Assembly (NCBI RefSeq): GCF_036321535.1
Contig: NC_087437.1
Coordinates: 80,230,001-80,294,000, forward strand
Reading direction: 5' to 3'
Source of the DNA: Camelus dromedarius
Taxonomy: Eukaryota
Length of the DNA: 64,000 nt
The first letter of the stretch is position 1; every line of letters begins with the position of its first letter. The position numbers and the translations under genes were made by a program. Below, in pieces: positions 12,810-26,395 of the stretch. The notes beneath the pieces were generated by a model, which saw only the letters and a program-made list of their open reading frames with translations, searched no databases and had not been told where the DNA came from.

Positions 12810-13238
12810 AAAGCCACTCAAATTGTCTGTTGGATGCAGCTTGTTTGATGCCAGCTGCTGCTCCTGCCCCAACATCACACCTCCCACTTGCCTCAATGGA
12901 TTTGCTCTCTGCACAAGGGGTCACCTGAACTCCCCCAGATTTTAGGAGTAACAGCAGAGAAAAAAAAAGATACAGTAATTCAGTAGCCCAGAACCCAGAG
13001 AGACATGAGAATGTGGGTGGGGAGAGTTCTGAGAGGAAGCAGGATTTGAATATCCCTGTAAAACCTGAGCATCTCGTGCCTAACAAGTGGACTCTTGTGG
13101 TTACAACAGTAAATCTTCTCTTTAAGGACCAATTTATGAAAACTGCCTTGCACCCAGCTGAACAAGATCAGAAAGTAGGATGGAAGGCTCAGCTCCTCCA
13201 TCAGGCAAGAACACAAGGTGATGAAGGTGTTCAAGTCT
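12810..13238 (-). pseudogene. Degraded large exon: RLEHLHHLVFLPDGGAEPSILLSDLVQLGARQFS*IGP*REDLLL*PQESTC*ARDAQVLQGYSNPASSQNSP...
   Basis: Higher-GC non-repeat island after ccttccttgag; stops are TAA/TAG; 3' end uncertain. Confidence 0.45.
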
Positions 13239-13329
13239 CTCAAGGAAGGTAGTGTACAATCTTGGTCAAACTTAAGTCCTCCTTTTAGAGGCACAGAAAT
13301 TGACTATGCATGGGATGATTACCAGAATG

Positions 13330-13790
13330 CTGTTTTTAAAATTCAAAGTCATGCATTTCCATAATTTAAATCCTTTCAATGACTTCCTGTAACTTTCAGG
13401 CTAACATTCAAACTCCTTAATTCAGCACTCAAGCACTTCATGGGCTGGCCCCTGCCTTTCTGGCTTCATCTCACAACACTCCCAGGAAACACTCTGCATT
13501 CATTCCAGCCATCCCCAGTGACCAATGGATCTCAGCTGTGTCCAGCTATCGCCCCAACTCAGTGACTATAGAAATGATAGTGTGTCTGCCTGGAAAGCTC
13601 TTCCTACTCCTTCATCTGTCCAATTTCTCTTCCTTCAAGACACAACTCAAGTATTATCTCCTAGGCCTCAAATTTTTATATTTTTCCTTCTTTGTGCCCT
13701 CAAAGCAATCGTAATCCAGCATTCCCTACAGTGTACTGTATTCATTCATTCATTCATTTGCTAGCTCTCCTTGTAATTACCTAGCAGACA
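13330..13790 (+). mobile_element. L2 remnant
   Basis: ttcaaactccttaa...ctggcccctgcc...tgcctggaaagctcttcc pattern. Confidence 0.55.
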
Positions 13791-14069
13791 AGGCCTACTA
13801 TCTTAGAGGTAAATCAATGAGTGAAAGAGAAAATAAATTAATATATAAATAGAAAAAAAAAGAACTATATACAAGGAACAGGGAAATTGAGGAGTTGTGA
13901 TAAGAAATATCAAGAAATGAGGAAGCAGGAAGAAGAGCAGGGTGGAAACTGAAGAGACAGAGGAGCAGAGGAAAGTGATAGCCTCGTCTCGCCTGCTTCC
14001 CATCACAACACACAGCCTCCATCCCTGCTCAGGTGCCCACGGCCTGCCGTAGCAGACTAGCAGGACTCA

Positions 14070-14270
14070 AAAACCAGCCCTGCCACTTATTAGCTATGTG
14101 ACCTGGTATAAATTACTAATCCTCTCAAATCCCCAGTTTCCTCATAACTGAGATGGAGATAAGTACATTAACCTCCATCAAAGAGTTGTTGTGAAGATTA
14201 AATCAATAATGCTTATGATACACCAGACATGGGGCCCTGTACTTAATAAACACATGACAAACGTTAGCTG
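14070..14270 (+). mobile_element. MIR
   Basis: ctgccacttattagctatgtgacc...cagtttcctcat...gttgtgaagattaaat. Confidence 0.75.
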
Positions 14271-14797
14271 AAAATACATTTCCAGCTAATGTTGAGGAAT
14301 AAAAGAAAAGCCTTTCCTCAGGCCCCATAAAGCACATGGCCTGGACTAGAATGTTGGACTAGTCTTTCTCTGAGCCGGGACATTTAAGCTCAGTGCTGAA
14401 TGCAGCAGAGCAAACCTAAATCAGCAAATGTTACCATCACTTGAATTTATTCTTTAGCTAAAAGATGTGTCAATTGTAAGCTTGGGGTTGGGGGTCAAGA
14501 AGATTTTTATATTTCTATGTTAATGACATAGTTTTAGTGCTTTGAGTTTAGAAAAAAAGCAAAAACTCATATGAGACTGCCACATGAAAGGTCTAAGGAA
14601 GATCCAGCCCCACAGCAAAAAAAAGCTTCATTTAATGGACCCTGCTCTTCCCAAGCCTCCTGAAGTTGCCAAAAAATTCTTCACAAATGAACACTAACAG
14701 TTGTTTGCCTATTGACCCAGCCACTGGGTTGGATTTGGAGGTAAAATATTATCCAGTTGGATTAAATATTGTATCACATTGGACCAGATGCCTCTAC

Positions 14798-14850
14798 CAT
14801 GCACCAGTTTTCTTGGTTGGTCTCATATTAACAATCATCGTCTTGACATC
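14798..14850 (-). pseudogene. Possible pseudo-exon: DVKTMIVNMRPTKKTGA
   Basis: Acceptor tgtttag|GAT; short open frame; weak donor; phase not linked to neighbours. Confidence 0.4.
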
Positions 14851-15699
14851 CTAAACACGCTGCCTGATTAGTAGTTCCTGGCAGCAGTGACTGATAGCAG
14901 TTACCGGAATGTCTGCTCACTGGGTGGTTATGTAATGTCTATACCTAGCTGCATGGCTAGTCACGATATTTCATGATGTTTGGCCTGAAGAGTGTCATGT
15001 TCACCAGACTGATCTCCTTATTATTTGCTTCACATGTTTTGCTTCGGCCTTTCCTCCTTTCCAATTGTTCAAATTCTAGAAGGCTTTTAAGGTTCTAGTC
15101 AACTGTTCCTTTTGTCTGTCAACTACCCAGGTAAAAAAATAGTTTGCTTATGAAGTCCCACTGCACTTTATTTTCTGGGCAGTGCTTTTTGCTTTACGTC
15201 TTTTATTTTCCTTACTAGCACAATGCCTTACCCGCAATTGACACTAAATAAGATTTTATTGAAGGCATAGACTAGTAACCCACTACAACTAAGGCTACTA
15301 TAGATTTCTTAAAAATGTAAACAGGCATATCTCTTAGTGAAAAGAAAACACTTTACTCCTCTTGAGGAAATCTTGCTTTTTAACCAACAGCTAAGTCTGC
15401 TTCCTGTTCACCTGCCTCCCAGAGGGCTTGGGACGGAGACTCTAGGCAGAATAAATTCTAGAGTCTCATCTCTGGATTATCACAAAAATAGCTTGGCCTT
15501 GCTCTCACTTCTTAGATACTGAAACACTGCCCTAAGTAGTGGCAGCAGAATTCAGAATTAGGGAAACTTGGAAATGATGGATTTAAGTTGGTGCTTTGGA
15601 CTGATAAAAAGAGCAAAGACTTGCCCCCTTTATCGATCTACTCATTCCTAGAAATGAGAATCCCAGAGAGGTTAGAGATGACCTAGGGCTAGGTCAGGG

Positions 15700-16030
15700 T
15701 AAAAATTGGGAGGATAATAGAAGAATATTTATATGGGCTCAGTATTAGATGATGTTAAGGAATTATTTTCAATTTTATCAGATTGAGTAATGGCATGCTT
15801 ATTGTGAAATATAAAAAGCCTTATCAGTAAGAGATGCATGCTGCAAAATGACATGATTTCTGGGATTTGCTCTGAAGTATTCAAGAGGAAAAAGAAGGAA
15901 TGGAGAGACATAACAAGACTGGAAAAAATGTTGATAATTATTGAGGTGACTGATCAGTATATACAAGTTCATTATACTATTCTCTACGCTCTTGTGTGCT
16001 AAAACATTTCTATACTACAAGTTCTAAAGG
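15700..16030 (+). mobile_element. Old L1 (L1MC/ME-type) 3' end
   Basis: tctgggatttgctctgaagtattc...gttcattatactattctctac. Confidence 0.6.
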
Positions 16031-16620
16031 AAAATCATCTTTTAAGGCTATAGTGACTCTCACATAGCTGAGCTCCAAACTAGATGTTTGCCTGAAATGA
16101 CAAACAGGGGAAGAAAGGGAATTTTCATTATCTAGACCATGAGTCCATGCCATGTGATTTAATCCACACTACTCCAGATCACTGTTGTGTGATGTTCTCT
16201 GCTGAGTAAGTCAGAAAGCTATACATGTACAGCATAACCTGGAAAAGGTATCTGTGGTTTTAACTTCAAACACACTAAAGTTATTTGCATTGTGTCTTTC
16301 ATCAAGATTTCAGACATCCCAGTAGACCAGTTCTTTGGTGTTTATTTTTGTTTCTTGAAGTCATAGTTAGGTTTTTTAAAAAATCAGTTATGCTAAAAAA
16401 AAAAAAAAAAAGGAGGTGGGGAAGATGAAAGGCAGAGGGAAAGGAGGATCAAAAGCAGTCTATAGGATAACAAATTTCCTGGCAGGACATCCTGGTAATA
16501 ATGTTGCTGAGCACTTAATTATCCAGCATATCTGGCCCTAATAAAAATTGAGCTCTGAACCATTAATCAAATAAAATATCTTGTGCTGATGTTAATTAAT
16601 AACTCTGTATCTTTCTCTAC

Positions 16621-17091
16621 CTTTCTTTTCTAACATCAGGAAAATATCAAAGAAATTCAGAACTTTTCCCCTTAGCTTTAACCAAAATAGCTCCAAATTT
16701 CTATCCACTGAGTAATCTAAGGCACCAAAAGTCTTTATCATGTTTAATGTTGCTTGCTGCCTTTTGCAAATAGCACCAAAGATTGGAATCCTCAGATGTC
16801 TGAAGAATATTTTCTTCATTTCTGCTTTTTTCTTTTTTTTAACATTTTTTATTGATTTATAATCATTTTACAATGTTGTGTCAAATTACAGTGTAGAGCA
16901 CAATTTTTCAGTTATACATGAACATATATATATATTCATTGTCACATTTTTTTCGCTGTGAGCTACCATAAGATCTTGTGTATATTTCCCTGTGCTTTAC
17001 AGTATAATCTTGTTTATCTATTCTACAATTTTAAAATTTTCTTGGGATGAACATATGCTCCCTTCAACAAACTATACACTTCTGGTCCACA
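16621..17091 (-). pseudogene. Pseudo-exon interrupted by a young L1 tail (CGPEVYSLLKGAYVHPKK...)
   Basis: Acceptor ...ttcttggtaaag|TGT in phase 0, donor AAG|gtagag; protein-like on both sides of the L1. Confidence 0.45.
16828..17036 (-). mobile_element. Young camelid L1 3' tail
   Basis: Poly-T then acatttttttattgatttataatcattttacaatgttgtgtcaaatt; near-identical to 41250-41450. Confidence 0.85.
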
Positions 17092-17499
17092 CTTTACCAA
17101 GAATCAAATAGTAGAAGATGGTAGAAATAACTTTATTGATTTGCCTAATAGAACTGGCTTGAATAAACTAACTTTACTGATTTGCTTAATAGAAATAGAA
17201 TTTGCCTGATAGAATTTACTTCAGGAAAAAGAGCAATCCAGTTTAAAAACTCCAGTTAAAAAAAAAAAAAAACTTTAAAGCCTTAGTAAGCTCCTCTATT
17301 GTTGGCTACTTGTAGCTTGGTGGCCTAATTGTGCTTCAGCAAATCATGGCTTCATGAAGTGGAAATGACTAAGCTAAGCTTAAAGAACCCAGTAAAAATT
17401 TTGAAACTAGCATCAGCCTACATTTCCACATTCCTCTGTACATCTCTGTACATTACGCTATTGTAGACATCCAAATCTTTCAGAAAAATTATCTAATGC

Positions 17500-17740
17500 A
17501 GCATTTCCTAAATATTTTTACTTATAGATCTGAGATTTTTTTTATCATCACCAGAAAAAAAGGACTTCATGGTCAAGTGAAGCTGGAGAAAGTCTGGCTC
17601 AAAATTCAAGTATCTCTTTACTTTAGGACTTTCTAGAATCTTTAATACGATAATAGTATTATGAATCTTCAAGAAAGGAAATGTCATTAAGGCCAGTGCA
17701 ATGTTCAAAAGTCATCTTGTGAAACTAGTGTTCCAAAAAT
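17500..17740. mobile_element. hAT-Charlie remnant (MER103-like)
   Basis: tctctttactttaggactttctagaatctttaatacgataat...gaatcttcaagaaagg. Confidence 0.45.
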
Positions 17741-17775
17741 ATACTGATGGTTATGATCTGAAAATACACCCAGGT

Positions 17776-17812
17776 ACACACACACACGCACAGACACACA
17801 CACACACACACA
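17776..17812. repeat. Imperfect (CA)n microsatellite
   Basis: Seen directly. Confidence 0.9.
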
Positions 17813-18268
17813 AATAGATATGAACATACCAGAAGACAAGTGAACCATTTGTTTCACTGGTGTAAATGAATATAAAGGCACCTAAAACTGCATGCCAGCA
17901 AGATAAGGAATATCTCCCCAAGAAAAACAAGAGACCTATTTTTCCAACAGCCCTTCAGACTGTGGATTCTGGGCAGATACTTCCTCCCTGCTCTAAAAAA
18001 CATCAAATCCAGGAAGCAAGAAACTGATGAGGAAGGAAAAGTCCTCCTTGTCACTTTCAGGTTAGTGAACATTTAGTGCTATGACAAAGAACCAGGCTTC
18101 CTGTAAAATCCAGGAAACTTACTAAGATCTGGCCCTGACTTTCAATAAAACCTGGAAATGAATCTGAAGATAAATAAACATTTTTCTTTTCTTTCCTCAA
18201 TTAAAGTGAATCTCCCTTAGCTACCTCAAAGGCCATAGCTATCTTCTCAAAGAACATTTACTTTATAC

Positions 18269-18336
18269 TGTGAGAAATAAAGATCACAGCTGCCAAATGG
18301 CGGCTTGATATGGTAAACTTGATCATTTTAGCTGTC
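18269..18336 (-). pseudogene. Pseudo-exon, 68 nt: (G)QLK*SSLPYQAAIWQL*SLFLT
   Basis: Acceptor tgtcag|GA, donor ACA|gtataa; phase 1>0; two TGA. Confidence 0.5.
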
Positions 18337-18635
18337 CTGACATGATACCATTCAAAACAATTCAGCTCCAGTGATCATGATTCAGTTTTGATAATAACAA
18401 CAGCAATAATAACAATGAGACCATGACCCAATTATTATTGTTAAAGCTGATCCCTGAGCTGGGTGGCCTTCAATTCCAAACACTTTGTCCACTGGGATTA
18501 TCAATGATGCAGACATTACAGGAGTAGTGTGAATGCAGGATTGATACCACAGACCCATTTATTTATATGTTACATTTAGTCACAAACTCAGTTTCCTTTT
18601 CCATTGATTATTTATTGAAAGGAAAATTAAAGCAC

Positions 18636-18698
18636 CTTGGCCCAAATTGTTCATAACCTTGGTACAATCTACCAAGAGCTCATTTACTCTCGCTAATC
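18636..18698 (-). pseudogene. Pseudo-exon, 63 nt: (G)LARVNELLVDCTKVMNNLGQ
   Basis: Poly-T acceptor tttttcag|GA, donor AAG|gtgctt; open frame; phase 1>1. Confidence 0.65.
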
Positions 18699-20509
18699 CT
18701 GAAAAAAAAAAAAAAAGCAAATACAAATTGCAATTACAAACAGTGCAGACACTCTAACCCATAAGCCAATGACTCGCCCTGTTGTAATTCATGGTAGGAA
18801 CAGGAAGGAGTATGATACAGAAAAGCATAGTTAAAAACAGAATGCGTTAAATTTTGTAGGGTTTTTTTGCTTTTTATATGTTTTGTTAAATATGAACATT
18901 TGTGGTAGAATAATACATGACTACTATTACTTCTTGGATTTGATTACATTTGTTTATTTCCTATCAGTTATATACACTAGTTCTATATAAGAAAAAAAAT
19001 GCCCATAAATTATCTTTTTAATATTTTAAGTAGATAGTTTCCTTTAAGAAAAGGAAATAAGACATTAACTTCATTGGAGCTACCCCACTGCTGCCACTCT
19101 TTATTTGGGGGATACCAACCTTTCATGTAGGTTCTTGTCTCCAAACATCCTCCAGGGTTCCACTATGTGGAATACTAGAGCATAGAATCCCACAGGTTCT
19201 ATGGGGAAGAGACTTCTTCTCAACTATGGTCCCAAATTGGAGGTAAAGGAGTAGACTAAGAAAAGGGTGATAAATAACTAAGGGATATGATCAAAAGGAA
19301 ATCCAGATGACTCCTCAAAGAAGCTAAAATATTGATTCTTGACAATGCCAACTCTACACGGCTACATATAAATTAGAACTGATTAATGGGGTACCTTAGG
19401 TCCCCATGCAAGCTACAAAGGCAATAAAAAACAGCTGGTTATGCCTCCATGAGCCCTATAAATCCACATTCCTAAGATGCTTACATGAGGATTTTTTTCC
19501 ATAAAATTTTGTTGTTTGTAAAGTTTAGAGCTATAAATTCTAAATGTAAGCTACATCCATTAGATTCAGCAACACAGCTTACCAACTAATCTGGAAATTC
19601 TCTGAAACAGCCCAAGGAAGTATGAATAGATACATTCATATGTGGTAAAGATCAAGGATGGATGCTAACCACCAAATGGGTAGTCAGGATAGAGCAGGAA
19701 TTTGGGCATTTTTTGTGGGATTTTTTTTTTTCTTTCTGGAAAACCCCTATGTAAGTAAGTATAGTTTGAATCCACATCATCAACTTGAGAATATATTCTT
19801 AAGAATGTATGAGATAAAAAAGAATAGAAAGACTTGTAAAAGTTTCCAATTTTGAATTACATATAGCTACCAGCTTCCAACTAATAAATGGATGGAAATT
19901 AGGCATTTCTCATTTATTTAAGACTACAAAGAAAAATCACTTCCATGTGATTATGTTATTAAGTTTTTATACTATCTGGATAGGATGCCCTTCATATTTT
20001 TCTCTTTTTCAGTTCTCCTGTCATATTAAGGAAAGAAAATTTCAGTACAAAGTTATGAAAGATGACAGTAAAAAGAAGTCTTATTTGGGAACTGATGTGT
20101 TATACCAGTCCTGAGAACCTACCATGACTTTTAACAACAGACTAAATTGTATGAACCCAAAATTCTATGTAACAATTTTATGAAAGGAATTGGAGTGAGA
20201 CAAGAGAAAACATTCAGTCAAAAATCTAAAATAAAGTCAAAATAAAGTTAAAATGTGTTTATCAATAGTTATGGACTGGTAACACAGGTACACATATTTT
20301 TTAAATATATATATGTAAATATTTTATTTTAAATAAGTTTGTTATATTGTTTGTATTTAAAAAATAAACCTTTATGAAAAAATTAAAAGTTAAGACATAC
20401 GTTAATCTTAGTTTACCAAAGATTATGCCTAGTTCCAGAATATAATCAAGGTACCCCATCATTATCCAAACGGGAGCCTAATTAGTTTAATTAAAAAGTG
20501 AGTTAACCA

Positions 20510-23500
20510 AGGTGTGGCCAAGAAGGCAGAGCATGAAGACCAGAGCTCGCCCACTCCATAGGTACACCAAAACTATTTACAGAGCACTATCTATGAGAAC
20601 CACCTAAACACTGCAGAAAAGATTCTTCACAACTAGAGGTATTAAGAAGGAACTACAATGAGATAGGTAAGATGGGTGGAGACATTGTATAGTTAAGAGT
20701 CATACCACCAGACAGGCAATCTACAAATGGGAGGATAATCATCATTGTAGAAGTTCTCCCTAAGGAGCAAGCGGTCTGAGCCCCACATTAGGCTCCCCAG
20801 CCAAGGGCTCCTGCACTGGGAAGATGAGCCCTCAGAACATTTAGCTCTGAGGGACAGCAGGGCTTGCATATGGGAGAAAGAGAGCTTTAGGAAACAGAGA
20901 CTCCACTCATAAAGGGTGTGTGCAAAGTCTCCCACCTCCAAGGCCCAGCACAAATGCAGTAACTTGAAAGGAGCCTGAATTAGACCCACTTGCTGATCTT
21001 AGCCTCCCAAAGAGACAAGAGGTAACTGGCACTCCCTCTGGAGACATAGACACTGGCAGCACCCATTTTGGGGAGCTCATTCTGCCATAAGGACATGGGT
21101 GCTGGCAAGTGCCATTTTGGAGTTCTCCATCTTGCTTATTAGTGATGGGGGCCTACCTTCCCACCAGCAGGCCAGCACCAGTCACAGTCACAGAACTTAC
21201 CAGGCCATGCAGCCAGCTGAGCAGGGGTCTGACCCCACATACCAGTGGGCCAGCACCAGCCTGGATCCCACCCCCACTTCTTTGCCAAACAGCCAGCTTC
21301 CTGGGACCCACTCTACCTACTAGCAGGCTGGCAGCCACTGTACAAGGTAGGGCCTGGCAATCAAGGGGGCTGGAGACCAGCCCTGCCTACCAGTGCTCCC
21401 ATGGTAGTCAGCTCTACTGAAACAGAAGGTCTAAGGCAGCCCACATAGAGGGTACCCCTACAGCATATAGCTCTGGTGGCCAAAGGGGAGTGTGATGCTG
21501 GATGTCACAGGATGTCTCCTATATAAGGCTGCTTCTCCAGGAGTGGGGAATGTAAAAAACCTATCTAATATATAGAAATAAAAACAAAGAATTAGACAAA
21601 ATAAAGAGACAGAGGAATATGTTCCAAACGAAGGAACAAGACAAAACTTCAGCAAAAGAACTAAATAAAGTGGAGATAAGCAATATACCTGATAAAGAGT
21701 TCAAGGTAATAATCATAAAAATATTTAACAAACTCCAGAAAAGAAGAGATGAACACAGTAAGAATTTTAACAAAGAGAAACAGAGCTAAAAACTACAATA
21801 ACTGAAATTAGAAATATAGTGGAAGGAATCAAGATTAGATGATACAGGGGAACAAATCAGCAAACTGGAAGAGAAAGCAGTGGAAATCACCCAAATTAAG
21901 CAGAAAAAAGAATTTTTTAAAATGAGGACAGTTTAAGAGACCTCTGGAACATCATCAGTCATATTAATATTCATATTATAGGGGACTCATAAGGAGAAAA
22001 ATGAAAGGAACAGAGAACTTATTTGAAGTAATAGCTGAAAACTTCCCTAAACTGGGGAAAGAGACATGTAGGTCCAGGAAGTACAAAGAGACTAGAAATC
22101 AATGACAAGAAAAAAAAATTTTTTTAAACACAAGTATGCAGAGGCTAAACAATATACTACTAAACACTGATGAGTCACTGAAGAAATCAAAAAGGAAATT
22201 AAAAAATCCCTGGAGACAAATGAAAATGGAAACACAATGATCCAAAAATCTATGGAATGAAGCAAAAGTAGCTCAAAGAGAGAAGCTTTGCTACAAGACT
22301 TGGGAAATTACAACAAAAAAATCTTAAATACACAATCTTACCTTATACCTAATGAAAAACAAGCAAAACTCAAAGTTAGTAGAAAGAAAGGAATCATAAA
22401 GATCAAAGCAGAAATAAATGGAATAGAAACTAAAAAAAAAGAAGAAAAGATCAATGAAACTAAGAGCTGGTTCTTTGAAAAGATTTTTTTTAATGCTAAG
22501 CCTTTAGTTGGACTGATCAAGAAAAAGAGAGGGCCCAAATAAATAAAATCAGAAATGAAACTGTAGAAATTACAACTGACACCACAGAAATACAAAGGAT
22601 TATAAGAGATTACTACAAACAATTATACACGAATAAAATGGACAATCTAGAAGAAATGGATAAATTCCTAGAAATGTACAATCAGGGCCAAATACCAGTA
22701 ACAAAAATGAAACAATAATAAGAAAAACTTCCAACAAAAAAATTCCAGACCCAGATGACTTCATAGATGAATTCTACCAAATATTTAAAGAAGAATTAAT
22801 ACCTATCCTTCTCAAACTATTCCAAAAAATTGAGGGGGAAGGAAGACTTTTAAACTCATTCTACAAAGCTGACATCACCCTGATACAAAAAACACACAAA
22901 GACACCACAAAGAAAAAAAATTACATCATTACTGATGAATACAGATGTAAAAATCCTCAATAAAATATTAGCAAACAAAATTCAACAATACATTAAAAGG
23001 ATCATACACCATGATCAAGTGGAATTATACCAGGGAGAGAAGGAAGTTTCAATATTCGCAAATCAGTCAATGTGATACATGATCATCTCAACAGATGAAG
23101 AAAAAGCTTTTGACAAAATTCAACATCCATTTATGATCAAAACTCTTAACAAAGTGGTTAAAAAGGGAGCATACCTCAACATAATAAAGGCCATATGAGA
23201 CAAGCCACAGCTGACATCCTACTCAGCAATGAAAATATGAAAACATGTCCTCTAAGAGCAGGAACAAGACAAGGATTCTCACTCTCACCACTTTTATTCA
23301 ACATACTATTAGAAGTTCTTGCCACAGCAATCAGAGAAGAAAAGGAAATAAAACGAATCCACACTGGAAAGGAAGAAGTAAAATTGTCACCATTTGCAGA
23401 TGACATGATACTATATATAGAAAATCCTAAAGAAGCAACCAAGAAACTGCTAGAGCTCATCAATGAATTCAGTAAAGTTGCAGGACACAAAATTAATATA

Positions 23501-24936
23501 TATAAATCTGTTACATTTCTATACATAAACAATAAACTATTATAAAGAGACATTAAGGAAACAATCCCATTTACAATAGCATGAAAAACAATTAAATACC
23601 TACAAATAAACCTACTTAAGTAGGTAAAAGACTTGTATTGGAAAACTACAAGACATTGATGAAAGAAATTGAAGACCACACAAACAAATAGAAAGATATA
23701 CCATGGAAGAATTATTATTGTTAAAATAACCACACCCCTCCAAGACAATCTACAGAGTCAATATAATCCCTATCAAAATGTCAATGACATTTTTCACAGA
23801 ACTAAAACAAATAATTACAAAATTTGTATGAAAACACAAAAGACCCCAAATAGCCAAAACAATCTTGAGAAAGAACAGTGCTGGATAAGTCATGCGCCCT
23901 GATTTCAGACTATAACACAAAGCTACAATAATCAAAACAGCATGGTACTGGCAAAAAAACACACACACAGATCAATGGAACAGAATAGAGAACCCAGAAA
24001 TAAACCCACCTTAAGAGTCTACTAGCCTATGACAAAAGAGGAAAGAATATATAATGGGGAAAAGACAGCCTCTTCAATAAATGATGTTAGGAAAACTGGA
24101 CAGCTACATGCAAAAGAACCAAACTGGACTACATACAAAAGTAAACTCAAACTGGATTAATGACAACTATAAAACCTGAAAGTATAAAAATCCCAGAAGA
24201 AAACATAGGCAGTACACTCTTTGGCATTGGTCTTAGCAGTATTTTTTTTTGGATTTGTCTTCCGTAGACAAGGGAAATAAAAGTGAAAGTAAACAAAAGG
24301 TACTAACATCAAAATAAAAATCTTTTGCACAGCCAAGGAAACTATCAACAAAATGAAAGGAAGCCTACCAAGTGGAAGAATATATTTGTAAATGATATAT
24401 CCAATAAGAGGTCGATATCCAAAATATACAAACAACTCATACAGCTCAACATCAAAAAAATAAAGAATCTGATTTAAAAATGGACAGAAGACCTGAATAG
24501 ATGTTTTTCCAAAGAAGACACAAAGATGATTGACAGACATATGAAAAATATGCTCAACATTACTAATCATCAAGGAAATACAAACTGCAATAAGATACTA
24601 TCTCACATCTGTCAGAATGGCCATCATCAAAAAGACAACAAATAACAAGTGTTGCCAGGGATGTAGGGAAAATGGAACTCTCTTGCACTGTTGGTGGAAC
24701 TGTAAATCGGTGCAGCCACTATGAAAAACAGTATGGAGGTTCTTCAAAAAATTAAAAATAGACTGCCATATGATCCAGCAATTTCACTTTGGGGTTTTTA
24801 CCTGTGAAAAACAAAACCAACAACTGAAAAGATATGTGCACCCCTATATTTATTGTGGCATTATTTACAATAGCCAAGATGTGGAAGCATCCTAAATATT
24901 CACTGATAGACAAATGAATAACGATATGGTGTGTGT

Positions 24937-24980
<44 letters not shown>

Positions 24981-25484
24981 GCATATGTATACATTCCCCA
25001 GCCATTAAAAAAAAAATCTTGCCATTTGCAACAACATGGATGGATCTAGAGGGTATTATGCTAAGTGAAATAAGTCAGACAGAGAAAGAAAAATGTTGCA
25101 TCACCTCACTTATACGTGGAATCAAAAAACAGAACAAATAAACATAACAAAAACAAGAACAGACTTATAGATTCAAAGAACAAACAAGTGGCTGTCAGAA
25201 GGGAAAAGGGTGAGGGGGGTGGGCAAAATAGGTGTAGGAGATTAAGAGGTACTAACCTCCAGTTATATAATAAACAAGTCATAGGGATATAATATATAGT
25301 ATAAGGAATATAGCCAATATTGTAATAACTTTATATGGCAACAGGTGGTTATTAGAAATCATGGTGATGATATCATAATATATGCATATGTCAAATCATT
25401 ATGTAGTGCACCTGAAACTAACATAATGTTGTACATCAACACTATTTCAATTAAATTATTTTTAATTTTTACATTTTTTAATTT
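20510..25484 (+). mobile_element. L1 with both ends intact and a large internal deletion; perfect 17-bp TSD
   Basis: AAAAAGTGAGTTAACCA at 20493-20509 and 25485-25501; RT peptide [21 protein letters not shown]...FADDMILY. Confidence 0.95.
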
Positions 25485-25885
25485 AAAAAGTGAGTTAACC
25501 ACCCAAAAATAGATTCCACAAGTCAGAAATTCTAACAAGTAATTTCAAATATCACAGTGCTTTTAAAGATTCTTAACTAGTAGTCAGGACTAGCTAGGAA
25601 AAAGGCATATCCAGCTAGGACTAGTTAGGCAAAAGGCATACCCAGCTAATACCTGTGGCCTTTGATGGAAAAATTCTGTTTAATCTTGAAGCTGGGGTGG
25701 ACAGGTATGTATATTTACAGAGTCAGTGGTGATTAGTCCAGCCCTTCACAAGCATGGGCCTTTGCTTTCTATTAAAAACAAAATGACAATATGTCTAAAG
25801 ACACATATTGCCTCATGGGTTTTCATCGTTTTCACTTTTTCTCACAGCTTCACCTCTGTTCCATGCAGCCAAATGCAGCCTCTAC

Positions 25886-26000
25886 CTGGATCATTCCACC
25901 GTAGTCTGGGTGCCAGTCTCAGTTCTTCTCATATTATTGCTGAAACAGAGTCTAAGAGGAACTAGGTTGGCAATGGCTGCCAAGCCAGTTGTCACAGCTA
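25886..26000 (-). pseudogene. Pseudo-exon, 115 nt: *L*QLAWQPLPT*FLLDSVSAII*EELRLAPRLRWNDP
   Basis: Strong acceptor gttctttccccag, donor CAG|gtagag; phase 0>1 fits both neighbours. Confidence 0.65.
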
Positions 26001-26307
26001 CTGGGGAAAGAACTAAGGGTCAAATCTAAGCCCATGAGACCCAAGTAGGGAAAAGCTAGGTGCAGTCCTACAGGATAAAAGAACAGAGCTAAGGTTGAAG
26101 AGTGAAGGGTGGATTTCACATGGCCAGAGGTAAGATCCAACAATCTAGTACATTTGGAGGAATGGAGATTGGGGAGGCGATTAAAAGCAAGACCCACCTC
26201 AAAGACCCACCATCAATCTTGATTTATTAAAACAAACGGAAGCCTCTAGTTATGGCAGACCAGCACAAACAGTAGGTTATCTGTCAGCATTATCAAGGCA
26301 TTCTTAC

Positions 26308-26395
26308 ACTGTTGCCCACACGATATTCTTCTAAGATGTATCTACAAATAACCTCTTCTGACGTTTTCTAGAATCATCCACATTGAGAAAAATAC
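26308..26395 (-). pseudogene. Pseudo-exon ending KTSEEVICRYILEEYRVGNS
   Basis: Acceptor ctccag at 26395 (needs a frameshift) or ttctag at 26367; donor AGT|gtaaga; ends in phase 0. Confidence 0.6.

Noticed and set aside
13013..13252. Plus-strand ORF MGGESSERKQ...
   Set aside because: No chain of plus-strand exons; better explained as antisense of the minus-strand pseudo-exon.
23195..23545. 116-aa ORF with an RT FADD motif
   Set aside because: Fragment of a frameshifted L1 ORF2, not a host gene; the 190-aa antisense ORF is its shadow.
24934..24992. (TA)n-rich tract
   Set aside because: Ordinary microsatellite expansion within an L1 3' region.
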